From: an uncultured bacterium
Lineage (GTDB): Bacteria; Patescibacteriota; Minisyncoccia; Phycocordibacterales; Phycocordibacteraceae
Length of the DNA: 64,000 nt
NCBI GenBank assembly: GCA_937879955.1
Contig: CALFMK010000001.1
Span: 442,356-506,355, forward strand
Direction of reading: 5' to 3'
Position numbers and translations under genes: made by a program. The notes under the pieces were generated by a model. It ran no database searches. It was not told where the DNA came from and saw only the letters and a list, made by a program, of their open reading frames with translations. Shown here in pieces: positions 37,440-47,109 of this stretch; positions within the stretch are counted from its first letter, which is position 1; each line of letters opens with the position of its first letter.

Positions 37440-39287
37440 ATGGCGAATACCATCGATCCTACGAAAGGGACTCTTCCACAGAAGACGACTCCCGAGCAGA
37501 CGGCCGCCGGGATGACGGCAGCATTGTCTGACCGCTCGCAGTACATCCGCACCATGGCGAAGGACATGGCCGCGCTCAGCGGTACGCAACCAGCACCCGC
37601 GCCCGCACGGCGTGAGGAGAAAAAGAAGAACGAGGAGACCTTCAGTGGCGTCACGACAGAGAAGCACGAAGAGCCGTTCTTCGAGCGCACGCGCCCGGCA
37701 TATGAAGACCGTCCGAAGGAATCCGTCGCGCTTCCAACGATGGAAGACGCCTCATCGATCGTGAGCAGCGAGTCCGCAACACCCACACCCCCTGCGCCTG
37801 CTACCTCCATGGCGCCGATAAAGCCCATCGCGCCGACAGCGAACGTCGAGGCGAGCAGGACCGCCATCCTCGAACGCCTGCGGCGGAAGGTCGAGGATAG
37901 TGCTCAGATATCGATCGAACGCACTCCCGAGCCGCTCAAGTCAGAGGTTCCGTCCGCAAGCGTTCCGGAAGAGCCGAAAGAGAAGCAGTGGCCGGATATT
38001 CCCACGCCGCCTCCGAGCTTCGCACCCATCGCTCCAAAGCAGAAGGCCGCGATTCCAGAGCCGATCGTGGCGGCGCCGGCCGCACCCAAGATTGTGGAGC
38101 CCGTTCCGGTTCCTCCGCCGATAGTTTCAGCTCCTGAACCGATTCCTGCGCAGCCCATGGCACCGAAGCCTGAGCCGCTTGCGCCACAGGCCGCACCCGA
38201 AGCAGCATGGCGTGACATCCCGTCGCCCGCACCTGCCTTCGCGCCGCTGTCCGAGCCTCAGCAGCCTGCGATTGCGACACCGAGAGAGACATACCGCGAA
38301 CCTATCGACGCATACGTCCCTGCGCGACCGATCCAGCCGCCAGCTGGCCCGACGCCATTCCATACCTATACCAGCGATTTCGCGAATCGCATCGACTCGC
38401 AAGGATCCTCGGCATTCTCCGTGCTCGCTGCCGAGCAGGATAGCGGCACCCCGGCCGCGCCCGTATCCAAGAGACGCGTCGCGCCCTCTCGCGCGGTCGT
38501 GATGGTCGCGACCGGCATCGTGCTCCTCGTGCTCGCCGGGGGCGGAGCGTTCGCGGCGTACCAGTTCGTGATGACGATGCGCAATACGCCGATCGCATCC
38601 ATAACCGTCCCCTCCATCGTCTTCGCAGACGAGTATCGCGAGCTCGAGGGGAGCGGAAACGCGCTCCTCGGGTCACTCGCCGCCGCGGGCAACGGCGCGC
38701 TCGTTCCCGGAAACGTGCTTGTCACGTACATGCTCGCGCCTGCCAGCGGCGAGGGCGAAGGGCTCATAACCGCGCCCGCAGGAGGGGACGTCTTCATGCG
38801 TGCGCTCCAGCTCCCGATGCCGGACATCCTGCTCCGGAATATCGCGAAGGAGAGCACGATAGGCGTCATCAACGCAGGCGACACGACCGCGCCATTCTTC
38901 GCGCTGCGCGTAGATTCCTACGAGCGCACCTACGCCGGCATGCTCACCTGGGAACCGCTCCTTGCGCGCGACCTCGCGCTCCTGTACCCGCTCTATCCGG
39001 TGATGGAGGCGCCTGTCCTTGACCCGACCCCGGCCGTCTCGACATCCACCGCGTCATCGACCCTCGCCGCGAGCCCGACCGTCCCTGCTGTAACATCAGC
39101 CCCCGTGCAGGCGACCGCCCGCACCCGCTTCGAAGACGCGATCGTCTCGAATCATGACGTGCGCGTCCTACGCGACACGGACGGACGATCGCTCATCCTC
39201 TACGGATATGCCGACAAGCGCACGCTCCTGATCGTCCGCGACGAGGCGAGCTTCGAGGCGCTCCTCGCACGCTTGAAAGCAGAGTAG
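37440..39287 (+). CDS. Pro/Ala-rich single-pass membrane protein
   Basis: Long Pro-rich N-terminal region, TM segment VVMVATGIVLLVLAGGG, C-terminal domain ending ILYGYADKRTLLI; start uncertain (37431 or 37440). Confidence 0.75.
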   Translation: MANTIDPTKGTLPQKTTPEQTAAGMTAALSDRSQYIRTMAKDMAALSGTQPAPAPARREEKKKNEETFSGVTTEKHEEPFFERTRPAYEDRPKESVALPTMEDASSIVSSESATPTPPAPATSMAPIKPIAPTANVEASRTAILERLRRKVEDSAQISIERTPEPLKSEVPSASVPEEPKEKQWPDIPTPPPSFAPIAPKQKAAIPEPIVAAPAAPKIVEPVPVPPPIVSAPEPIPAQPMAPKPEPLAPQAAPEAAWRDIPSPAPAFAPLSEPQQPAIATPRETYREPIDAYVPARPIQPPAGPTPFHTYTSDFANRIDSQGSSAFSVLAAEQDSGTPAAPVSKRRVAPSRAVVMVATGIVLLVLAGGGAFAAYQFVMTMRNTPIASITVPSIVFADEYRELEGSGNALLGSLAAAGNGALVPGNVLVTYMLAPASGEGEGLITAPAGGDVFMRALQLPMPDILLRNIAKESTIGVINAGDTTAPFFALRVDSYERTYAGMLTWEPLLARDLALLYPLYPVMEAPVLDPTPAVSTSTASSTLAASPTVPAVTSAPVQATARTRFEDAIVSNHDVRVLRDTDGRSLILYGYADKRTLLIVRDEASFEALLARLKAE

Positions 39288-39335
39288 GGGACAGGAAGGG
39301 CCTTTGGCGCCGGTATCCGTGGTACAGTACCGGCC

Positions 39336-39689
39336 ATGAATACTGACCATTTCCGCACCCGCCTTACCGAAGAGAAAGCGATGCTCGAAGCCGAGCTCGC
39401 GACGGTAGGTCGCAAGAATCCGAGCAACCCAGGAGACTGGGAGGCCGTGCCTGAAGACGCGAGCATGGAGGCCGACCCTAACGATCAGGCCGACCAGATG
39501 GAAGAGTTCGGCAACAACAACGCCATCCTCACGGATCTTGAGCTCAGGCTCGCAGACGTAAACGCCGCGCTCGCACGCCTCGATGAGGGTACGTATGGCA
39601 CCTGCATCGTATCGGGGGAGGAGATTGAGGAGGATCGCCTCGAGGCCGATCCTGCGGCGCCTACCTGCAAGGCTCACATGAACGGCTAG
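39336..39689 (+). CDS. TraR/DksA-family zinc-finger protein
   Basis: Coiled-coil tip DPNDQA; GTYGTCIVSGEEIEEDRLEADPAAPTCKAH. Confidence 0.88.
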   Translation: MNTDHFRTRLTEEKAMLEAELATVGRKNPSNPGDWEAVPEDASMEADPNDQADQMEEFGNNNAILTDLELRLADVNAALARLDEGTYGTCIVSGEEIEEDRLEADPAAPTCKAHMNG

Positions 39690-39690
39690 T

Positions 39691-40392
39691 ATGGAGAAGC
39701 TCTCGGTCAAATCCTGCATAGCGTACGGCTGGAAGACCTTTTGGTCCCGCCCATGGTTGTTCGTGCTCGCCGGCGCCATCACGTTCGCCGTGAACGCCAT
39801 CTTCTCGATCCCGGAAGAGATCCTAAACAGCGCATCGGAAGCGGCAGCTGGGGGCGCAGGCGCACAGCTCGCGCTGTTCTCCGTCGTCTTCAGCGTCATG
39901 AGCATCATCGTCTCCATCTATATACAGATAGGGACGACGAACTTCACGCTCAGGGCGCATGACGACGTCACGAACGCGCATGTGCGCGACCTGCTCATGC
40001 TCAAGGGATTCTGGCGCTATGTCGGCGCGAGCATCCTCGTCTTTCTCGCGGTGATCGCGGGCCTCATCCTGCTTATCGTGCCGGGCATCATTCTCGCGCT
40101 CGCGCTCTCGTTCGTGACGTACCTCGTCGTCGACAAGGGGCTCGGACCGGTCTCCGCATTCAAGGAGAGCATGGCTATCACGAAGGGGAACCGCTGGAGC
40201 CTCTTCGTCCTCGGGCTTGCGATCTTCGGCCTGAACCTGCTCGGCCTTCTCGCGCTCGTGATCGGACTCGTCGTTACGATCCCGGTCTCGATGCTCGCGA
40301 GCATCCATGCATATCGACTTCTCTCAGGAAGCCCGGTAGTGGCTGACACGGAAATCATCGTGGAGACTATTACCGAGACGGTTACCGCGTAG
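39691..40392 (+). CDS. Polytopic membrane protein (DUF975-like)
   Basis: GLILLIVPGII...SAFKESMAITKGNRWSLF pattern; several TM segments. Confidence 0.7.
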   Translation: MEKLSVKSCIAYGWKTFWSRPWLFVLAGAITFAVNAIFSIPEEILNSASEAAAGGAGAQLALFSVVFSVMSIIVSIYIQIGTTNFTLRAHDDVTNAHVRDLLMLKGFWRYVGASILVFLAVIAGLILLIVPGIILALALSFVTYLVVDKGLGPVSAFKESMAITKGNRWSLFVLGLAIFGLNLLGLLALVIGLVVTIPVSMLASIHAYRLLSGSPVVADTEIIVETITETVTA

Positions 40393-40405
40393 AACCGACA
40401 GTATC

Positions 40406-40443
40406 GAATGAGAAAGGCCCGCATATGCGGGCCTTTCTCATTC
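40406..40443. terminator. Bidirectional terminator
   Basis: GAATGAGAAAGGCCCGCA-ta-TGCGGGCCTTTCTCATTC. Confidence 0.8.
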
Positions 40444-40456
40444 ATATACCCGGCTT

Positions 40457-41629
40457 CTACGAGCCAAACGGGTTCTTCGCACCGCGGACCTCAAAATGGA
40501 GGTGGTAGCCGGTCGCCTGGCCGGTGTTCCCGACGGTACCGATGTTCTGGCCGCGCGAGACCGTCTCGCCGACCGATACGCCGTCGGTGCTCATGTGCGC
40601 GTAGAGCGTCTGGACGCCGTTGCCATGATCGATCACGACGTAGTTGCCGTATCCGCCGTTCCAGCCGCCGACGCGGGATACGATGACCGTACCAGCCGCC
40701 GCGGCATAGATAGGGGAGCCCTGCGGTGCCGCGAGATCGACGCCGTTCCAGCCATGGATGCTCTGGGAGAGGCGGCCTGCAGGCGCCGGGTTCGCGAACG
40801 AGCTCGAGAACGAGTCGTCAGACGTGTTGCCGGTAGCCTTTACCGCACCCATCGAGCCGCCTTGCTTGATCTTCGAGGCAGCAGCGCCCGTGGACTTGGC
40901 CTTCGCCGTGGTCTTTACAGGCGTTGCCGCGAGCTCGCCGCCCGGGATGATGACCGTCGCGCCCTTCACGAGGTCGTCCACGGAGCTCATGCCGTTATAG
41001 GAGGCGATCTCCTCGGCGTCGGAACCGTACTTCTTCGCGAGCGAGGCGAGCGTATCGCCGGAAGCCACGGTATGACGGATGCCGGACACCGGAAGGATGA
41101 TGAGGGTCATGCCCGGATGCACGGCTCCCTTGCTCGTGAGGTTGTTCGCCCAGAGGATCGTGTTCATCGAGACATCGAACATGTCCGCGATGCCAGAGAG
41201 GGAATCGCCCTCGCGCACGGTGTAGGTGGAAATGCGACCAGAACCGTTCGAGCGGTCGATATCGGCGATGGTGCCGTCAGGACCCGTGTAAGCGATGAGC
41301 GCAGAGCCGTCGGTAAGGCTGATGCCACCACGGCCCTTGGCAGGGTTCGGGTCAGGGTTAACCGCCGCCTGGAGGAGGTCCAGGCTGCTGTCATGAAGCA
41401 CAGGCACGGTCGAAGCGCCTTCCGAAGCGTTCGTTACGGAAAATGGCCAGAATGCGCCAGCGGCGCGTGGCATGAGGGTGATTCCTATCCCCAGAAGGAG
41501 GCTTGCGGCGATTAGAGCGCCAGGAATCCAGTATGCATTCCGGTCTGCTGCCGAGGCAGTTCGAACGGAAAGGTTCTGAGGGTCAATGATAGGGAACCAA
41601 GGGATCTTCAGCGTTTCTTCAGAATACAA
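40457..41629 (-). CDS. LysM x2 plus M23 peptidase cell-wall hydrolase
   Basis: YTVREGDSLSGIA, HTVASGDTLASLA, NGVDLAA, YGNYVVIDH, TLYAH, HLHFEV; start uncertain. Confidence 0.92.
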   Translation of the reverse strand: MYSEETLKIPWFPIIDPQNLSVRTASAADRNAYWIPGALIAASLLLGIGITLMPRAAGAFWPFSVTNASEGASTVPVLHDSSLDLLQAAVNPDPNPAKGRGGISLTDGSALIAYTGPDGTIADIDRSNGSGRISTYTVREGDSLSGIADMFDVSMNTILWANNLTSKGAVHPGMTLIILPVSGIRHTVASGDTLASLAKKYGSDAEEIASYNGMSSVDDLVKGATVIIPGGELAATPVKTTAKAKSTGAAASKIKQGGSMGAVKATGNTSDDSFSSSFANPAPAGRLSQSIHGWNGVDLAAPQGSPIYAAAAGTVIVSRVGGWNGGYGNYVVIDHGNGVQTLYAHMSTDGVSVGETVSRGQNIGTVGNTGQATGYHLHFEVRGAKNPFGS

Positions 41630-41812
41630 AAATGGCTTACATAAGCCATTTCTTGAGTATCAGGCAATCAATCGATGAAGGTAGTATAAACGCTCCAGGG
41701 GCATGGTCAACCGCCCATTATGAAGACTGTTGAGAGTGCATTTTCAGAGTATTTTGGTCCGATTTCACGCATTTTAGGGGGACAGAAGGGTGCCGCGGTA
41801 TAGTTGCTTTCT

Positions 41813-43720
41813 ATGCAGCACCTTGAAGGATTGAACCCGGCACAGAGAGAAGCGGTCCTCGCAACCTCAGGACCCGTATCGGTCCTCGCCGGCGCCGGAT
41901 CCGGCAAGACCCGGGTGCTCACGACCCGCATCTACCACCTCATCAAGGAAGGGGTGCCTGCCCACAAGATCCTGGCCGTCACCTTCACCAACAAGGCCGC
42001 CCGCGAGATGAAGGAGCGCCTCGCGCACCGCCTCGGGGACAGCCCGCTGCCGTTCGTCGCCACGTTCCACGGGCTCGGACGGGAGATCCTGCAGCGATAC
42101 GGCGAGCGCATCGGGATCCCGAAGTATTTCACGATATTCGACCGCGACGATTCGAAGGCGGCGATCCGCCAGGTTCTCAAGGAGATGGACATCGATCCGA
42201 AGGAGCTGAATCCGAACTTCGTGCTGTCCCGCATCTCGAAGGAGAAGGGGGAGGGGGGCACGCCGGCGAAGTTCCGCGAGCAGCACGCCCACAAGAGCTT
42301 CCAGTCCCGCGTCATCGCGGAGGTGTGGCCGCGCTACGAGGCGATCGTCCGGAAGGAGAAGGCACTCGACTTCGACGACCTCATATCGCTCCCCGTGCAT
42401 CTCCTGCGCGATCACGAGGACATCCGGAAGCAGGCGGAGCAGCTCTACAGCCACGTGCATGTCGACGAGTTCCAGGATACGAACGGGTTGCAGGGCAAGC
42501 TCGCCGGCTATCTCTCGAACGCGCACAAGAACCTCTTCGTCGTGGGCGACATCGACCAGACGATCTATACCTGGCGCGGCGCTACGATCGAGAACCTCCT
42601 CGATTTCGAGGAGACCTACCCTGACGCGAAGACCATCGTGCTCGCGCATAACTACCGCTCCACGAAGACCATCGTGGCGGCCGGGAACCAGATCATCGAG
42701 AAGAACCAGAACCGCAAGGCGAAGCACGCGATAACGGACAACCCGGACGGGGAGCCGATACGGCTGCATGTCGCGCGGAACGCGGAGAGCGAGGCGCGCT
42801 GGGTGGCGCGCGAGGCGAGGAAGGCCATGCGCGCGGGCGTCGCGCCCGAGGAAATCGCCGTGCTCTTCCGCACGAACTTCCAGTCGCGCGCGCTTGAGGA
42901 GGCGTTCCTTTCGGAAGGCATACCGTACAAGGTCCTCGGCACGCGCTTCCTCGACCGGAAAGAAGTGAAGGACGTGCTCGCATGGGTCAGGCTCGCGCTC
43001 GACCCGGAGCGGGAAGCGGACCGGGTGCGCGCGGTCCAGGCGCCGACCCGGGGCATCGGGAAAGTGACGCTCGGCAAGCTCGTAGAGGGACGCAGGGATG
43101 AGCTAAAGCCCGCAGAGCGTACGAAAGTAGCGGCTTTCGAGGCGATTGTCACCGAGCTCAACGAGCTCTCGAAGATCGCGATACCGTCCGAGTTCGTGAA
43201 GCTCGTGATCGAGAAATCCGGAATCGCGGCGAGCCTCCAGAAGGGCGGGGACGAGGACATGGAACGTCTTGAGAACGCGAAGGAGCTCGCCACCCTCGCG
43301 AGCCGCTATGACGGGCAGCCCGGGGAGGAGGGTATCGCCGCGTTCCTCGCGGAGTCCGCGCTCGCTGGCGACCAGGACGAGCTCGATGCGCCCGGGAAGA
43401 CGGGCGCGACGCTCATGACGGTCCACGCAGCTAAAGGGCTCGAGTTCGATACGGTCTTCGTGACCGGCATGGAGGAAGGGCTCTTCCCGCATCAGGGTCA
43501 CGAAGGAGAGAAGCGCGACGAGGAAGAGGAACGTCGCCTGTTCTACGTCGCCGTGACGCGCGCGAAACGGCGCCTCGCGCTCACCCTCGCGACGGTACGA
43601 CGCATCTACGGCACCGACTTCGTATCCGAGCCATCCTCGTTCATACGCGATATCGACGACGGCCTGATACAGTTCTCGGAAGGGGACGAGCTCTACGGAG
43701 AGCGGACCATCTACATATAG
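41813..43720 (+). CDS. pcrA: UvrD/PcrA superfamily 1 helicase
   Basis: LAGAGSGKT, TFTNKAA, VDEFQDTN, VGDIDQTIY, NYRS, MTVHAAKGLEF, EERRLFYVAVTRA. Confidence 0.96.
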   Translation: MQHLEGLNPAQREAVLATSGPVSVLAGAGSGKTRVLTTRIYHLIKEGVPAHKILAVTFTNKAAREMKERLAHRLGDSPLPFVATFHGLGREILQRYGERIGIPKYFTIFDRDDSKAAIRQVLKEMDIDPKELNPNFVLSRISKEKGEGGTPAKFREQHAHKSFQSRVIAEVWPRYEAIVRKEKALDFDDLISLPVHLLRDHEDIRKQAEQLYSHVHVDEFQDTNGLQGKLAGYLSNAHKNLFVVGDIDQTIYTWRGATIENLLDFEETYPDAKTIVLAHNYRSTKTIVAAGNQIIEKNQNRKAKHAITDNPDGEPIRLHVARNAESEARWVAREARKAMRAGVAPEEIAVLFRTNFQSRALEEAFLSEGIPYKVLGTRFLDRKEVKDVLAWVRLALDPEREADRVRAVQAPTRGIGKVTLGKLVEGRRDELKPAERTKVAAFEAIVTELNELSKIAIPSEFVKLVIEKSGIAASLQKGGDEDMERLENAKELATLASRYDGQPGEEGIAAFLAESALAGDQDELDAPGKTGATLMTVHAAKGLEFDTVFVTGMEEGLFPHQGHEGEKRDEEEERRLFYVAVTRAKRRLALTLATVRRIYGTDFVSEPSSFIRDIDDGLIQFSEGDELYGERTIYI

Positions 43721-43722
43721 CC

Positions 43723-44523
43723 ATGGCATTCGCCAAAAAATCCCTCGGACAGAACTTCCTCATGCATCGGCAGACCGCCGAGCGCATCGTGAAGGCAGCC
43801 GATCTTCCGGATGGCGCGCTCGTGCTCGAGGTGGGTCCCGGCACCGGCATGCTCACGAAGGAGCTGCTCGCTCTCGGCTATCGCGTGCTCGCGGTCGAGG
43901 CCGACTTCGCACTCATTCCTGAGCTCGAGAGCACGTTCGAGAAGGAGATAGGGGAGGGAAGAATCACCATCCTCGCCGCTGACATCCGCTCGTTCGATAC
44001 GGAGACGATACGGGAGCCGTACCATGTGGTAGCGAACATCCCGTACTACATCACCGGCGAGATCATCCGCCAGTTCCTCACCGCCCCGAACCAGCCAGCG
44101 TCCATGACCCTCCTCGTCCAGAAAGAAGTCGCCGAGCGCGTCGCTCGAGCGAACAAAGAGAGCCTGCTTTCACTGTCTGTGAAGGCCTATGGGACGCCGA
44201 AGTTCTGCTTCGTCGTGCCGCGCGGCGCCTTCGTACCAGCCCCGAACGTCGATTCGGCCGTACTCCGGATAAGTGCCATAAGCCGAACATCCTTCTCGGA
44301 CAAGGAAGAGGAGGACGCCTTCTTCGCCATGCTCCATGCCGGATTCGCCCATAAGAGGAAACGCCTGGCGAAAAATCTCGAGGAGTACGCACCAAAGGAG
44401 GAGATAGTGAGCGCGTTTTCCGAGATTGACCTCGACCAGAACGTGCGAGCCGAGGACCTCACGCTTCCGACCTGGTTCGCGCTTCTCGCACGGATCAGAC
44501 CCTCAGGAAAGAAAGGTATTTAA
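43723..44523 (+). CDS. rsmA: 16S rRNA dimethyladenosine transferase KsgA
   Basis: KKSLGQNFL, EVGPGTG, VANIPYYIT, QKEVAER, PNVDSAV. Confidence 0.97.
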   Translation: MAFAKKSLGQNFLMHRQTAERIVKAADLPDGALVLEVGPGTGMLTKELLALGYRVLAVEADFALIPELESTFEKEIGEGRITILAADIRSFDTETIREPYHVVANIPYYITGEIIRQFLTAPNQPASMTLLVQKEVAERVARANKESLLSLSVKAYGTPKFCFVVPRGAFVPAPNVDSAVLRISAISRTSFSDKEEEDAFFAMLHAGFAHKRKRLAKNLEEYAPKEEIVSAFSEIDLDQNVRAEDLTLPTWFALLARIRPSGKKGI

Positions 44524-44527
44524 TGCA

Positions 44528-44549
44528 CACGTACCTATATAGGTACGTG
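44528..44549. promoter_or_regulatory. Perfect 22-bp palindrome upstream of the T4SS-like locus
   Basis: CACGTACCTAT|ATAGGTACGTG between the rsmA stop and a TATGAT -10-like element. Confidence 0.45.
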
Positions 44550-44591
44550 AAGGGGAGGTGAGCGTGCGTGCTATGATTTCGATACGAAACT

Positions 44592-45590
44592 ATGGCTCAT
44601 TCTACCCGCACACTCCGCATCGTCCTGGCATCGGTCATCGCCGTCCTCATGGTGGGGAGCGCATACGTGTTCTCCGGCCCGAACCCGTTCTTCGGGCTCG
44701 GCCGCATAGCCGAGGCGCAGTCTTCCGAGGAGCTCCTCAAGGAATACGCCGCGAAGGATAGCGATACGGACGGGCTTCCGGACTGGCAGGAGGCGCTCTA
44801 TGGCACCGATCCGCTCAATGCGGAATCGTTCAAGGCAGGAACCAAGGACGGGGACGCGGTAGCGCAGGGCCTCGTCGAGCCCAAGGTCGCCGTACGGCCT
44901 GAGGAAGAGCCGACCGACCTCAGCAGCATCCCGGGCACGCTCCCTGCAGCGAACTCCGTGACCGACCGGTTCGCCCAGACGCTCCTGAAGAAGTACCTGC
45001 TCGGCCGTGGCGAGACGCCGCCGACAAGCGCAGAGATAGTGGCATTCGTCACCGCAAGCATCGACGACCTCGCGAACGAGAGCACGTCTCCGGTCACGTT
45101 CAAGCCCTCGGACGTTCGCGCCGGATCCGGCACCGGCACCGCTGCCATGACTACCTATGCCGCTCAGATGGAGGCCGCGTTCGCCGCGAATACGGTGCCC
45201 GCGGACAGGAACGAGCTCTCGTACTTCGCGGACGCCGTGAAGGGCGATGATTCCGCACTGAAGAAGATCGGCGACATAAGCAAGGCATACAAGAACATTG
45301 CGAGCGCGATCATGAAGATCCAGGTCCCTGCGGAAGCGCGCCAGGCGCATCTCGCGATCGCGAACGCTCTCATGCACATGAGCGAGACCAGCGGAGACAT
45401 GTCGATGATGGAGACCGATCCGGTCCGTGCGCTCATGGGCATTGGGCTCTATGAGCGCTACGCGAACGAGGTGGTAGCGGCCTTCACGAACCTCAGCGGA
45501 ATCTTCGTCGCGCAGCAGGTATCGATCCCGAGCGGAACGGAGGGATACTTTATCGTAAAGACTGCAGCCGACGCAGCTGCTAGCAAATAA
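44592..45590 (+). CDS. Membrane-anchored protein with a TSP3-like Ca-binding motif; first gene of the T4SS-like locus
   Basis: N-terminal TM; DSDTDGLPDWQEALYGTDP; helical C-terminus. Confidence 0.75.
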   Translation: MAHSTRTLRIVLASVIAVLMVGSAYVFSGPNPFFGLGRIAEAQSSEELLKEYAAKDSDTDGLPDWQEALYGTDPLNAESFKAGTKDGDAVAQGLVEPKVAVRPEEEPTDLSSIPGTLPAANSVTDRFAQTLLKKYLLGRGETPPTSAEIVAFVTASIDDLANESTSPVTFKPSDVRAGSGTGTAAMTTYAAQMEAAFAANTVPADRNELSYFADAVKGDDSALKKIGDISKAYKNIASAIMKIQVPAEARQAHLAIANALMHMSETSGDMSMMETDPVRALMGIGLYERYANEVVAAFTNLSGIFVAQQVSIPSGTEGYFIVKTAADAAASK

Positions 45591-45593
45591 GCC

Positions 45594-47105
45594 ATGGAAC
45601 ACGACTACAGGAGATTCTGGTTCCGCGCATCGAAGGCAATCATCGCGCTCGTACTCGCCGTATCCGTCGGCAGCACCGCGCTCCCGCAGCGCGCGCACGC
45701 CATTCTCGGCGTCGGAGACGTCGTTATCGACCCGACGAACCTCGTTCAGAACACGGTCAATGCCGTGTCTTCCGCGGCAACCCACGTTAAGGAATACGTC
45801 CTCGATACGCTCGCGTGGCAGGTCGGCAACCTCGCCATCCAGTCGATGACCAAGAGCCTCGTGAACTGGATCAATTCCGGCTTCAAGGGCTCTCCCGCAT
45901 TCGTCACCGACCTCAACAGGAATCTCCAGGGGGTAGGGGACAAGGTCGCATCCGAATTCTTCGAGTCGCTCTCGAGCAATCTCGACGGCATCACGACGAC
46001 GCCGTTCCAGGACAAGGTCATCGATGCCGTGCGTCTCGGCTACTATCTCCGCACGAGCCCGGAATCGTTCTATACGAAGTATCCGTACACGCTCAACCAG
46101 GTGAGCAGCAATGATAAGGAGTTCCTGAAGGGTAAGTTCACCGAGGGCGGCTTCAACGCGTGGTTCCAGGCTACGCTCGTGCCGCAGAACAACCCGTACG
46201 GCGCGCGCGAGCTCGCGGAGAAGGTACTCTCCGAGCAGGTCGGGACCCAGGTGCAGATCCGCACGCGTGAGCTCGACTGGGGCAAGGGGTTCCTCTCATG
46301 GAGAGGGGACTGCGTCGCGACGACGCGCTCCGTGAGCGCCGCGGCTGACGCCATGAACGCTACCGGCGACGAGGAGCCGGTCGACCTCAGCGGCGAGGAC
46401 GAGTGCCTCGGCTATGAGGTGAAGACCCCGGGCTCGGTCATCATGGAAGCGATCCCGAACAGCATGCAGGCGAATATGAACCGGCTCGTGTCGGCTGATG
46501 AGCTCAATGAGATCGTCGGCGCGCTCATGAACCAGCTCATCGGCCAGGTGCTCGGCAGCGGCAGCGGGGGAGGAGGGCTCAGCGGCCTATCGCGCCCTTC
46601 GGCAGGCGGCGGCGCATCCGTTCTCGATCAGGCCACTGATTCCTCTCAGGCAGGAAGCACCCAGGGTATCAGCAGTACTTTCGCCGCGACCCTCAGCAAC
46701 CAGCGCAAGTACGTCGCGGAGTATCAGGCAGGATGGGATACGATCCGCACGGCGGCCCAGGCCGTGCCGCAGCGCTGCTCGACGAGCGGTTCCCCGTCCC
46801 CGCAGGATCTCATAGCGCGCTCGGGAGAAGCGCTCGTGCAGGCCGCGAACGGACTCGCCGCGCTCGACGCGCTCCAGACTCGCCTTACTGCAGCCCTCGA
46901 CGCAGGCGGCAGCCAGACTACGACCCTCCTCGCGATATCGGAGGACTATAACGAGCTCACCAGTTCGGATACGCTCCCGAGCGCCGAGGCTATTGCCGAA
47001 GCGCAGACAGAATCGAAGGACAGCGGGCAAAGCGAGCAGGTATCCTTCTACACCCAGATGACGCGTCTCGCATCGAGCCGCACCTGCGACGTCTCGGACG
47101 AATAA
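45594..47105 (+). CDS. Secreted helical protein with a TrbJ/VirB5-like N-terminus
   Basis: Signal peptide ending AHA, then ILGVGDVVIDPTNLVQN (VxDPxN pattern); FLSW..C..VKTPG region. Confidence 0.6.
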   Translation: MEHDYRRFWFRASKAIIALVLAVSVGSTALPQRAHAILGVGDVVIDPTNLVQNTVNAVSSAATHVKEYVLDTLAWQVGNLAIQSMTKSLVNWINSGFKGSPAFVTDLNRNLQGVGDKVASEFFESLSSNLDGITTTPFQDKVIDAVRLGYYLRTSPESFYTKYPYTLNQVSSNDKEFLKGKFTEGGFNAWFQATLVPQNNPYGARELAEKVLSEQVGTQVQIRTRELDWGKGFLSWRGDCVATTRSVSAAADAMNATGDEEPVDLSGEDECLGYEVKTPGSVIMEAIPNSMQANMNRLVSADELNEIVGALMNQLIGQVLGSGSGGGGLSGLSRPSAGGGASVLDQATDSSQAGSTQGISSTFAATLSNQRKYVAEYQAGWDTIRTAAQAVPQRCSTSGSPSPQDLIARSGEALVQAANGLAALDALQTRLTAALDAGGSQTTTLLAISEDYNELTSSDTLPSAEAIAEAQTESKDSGQSEQVSFYTQMTRLASSRTCDVSDE

Positions 47106-47109
47106 CGCC

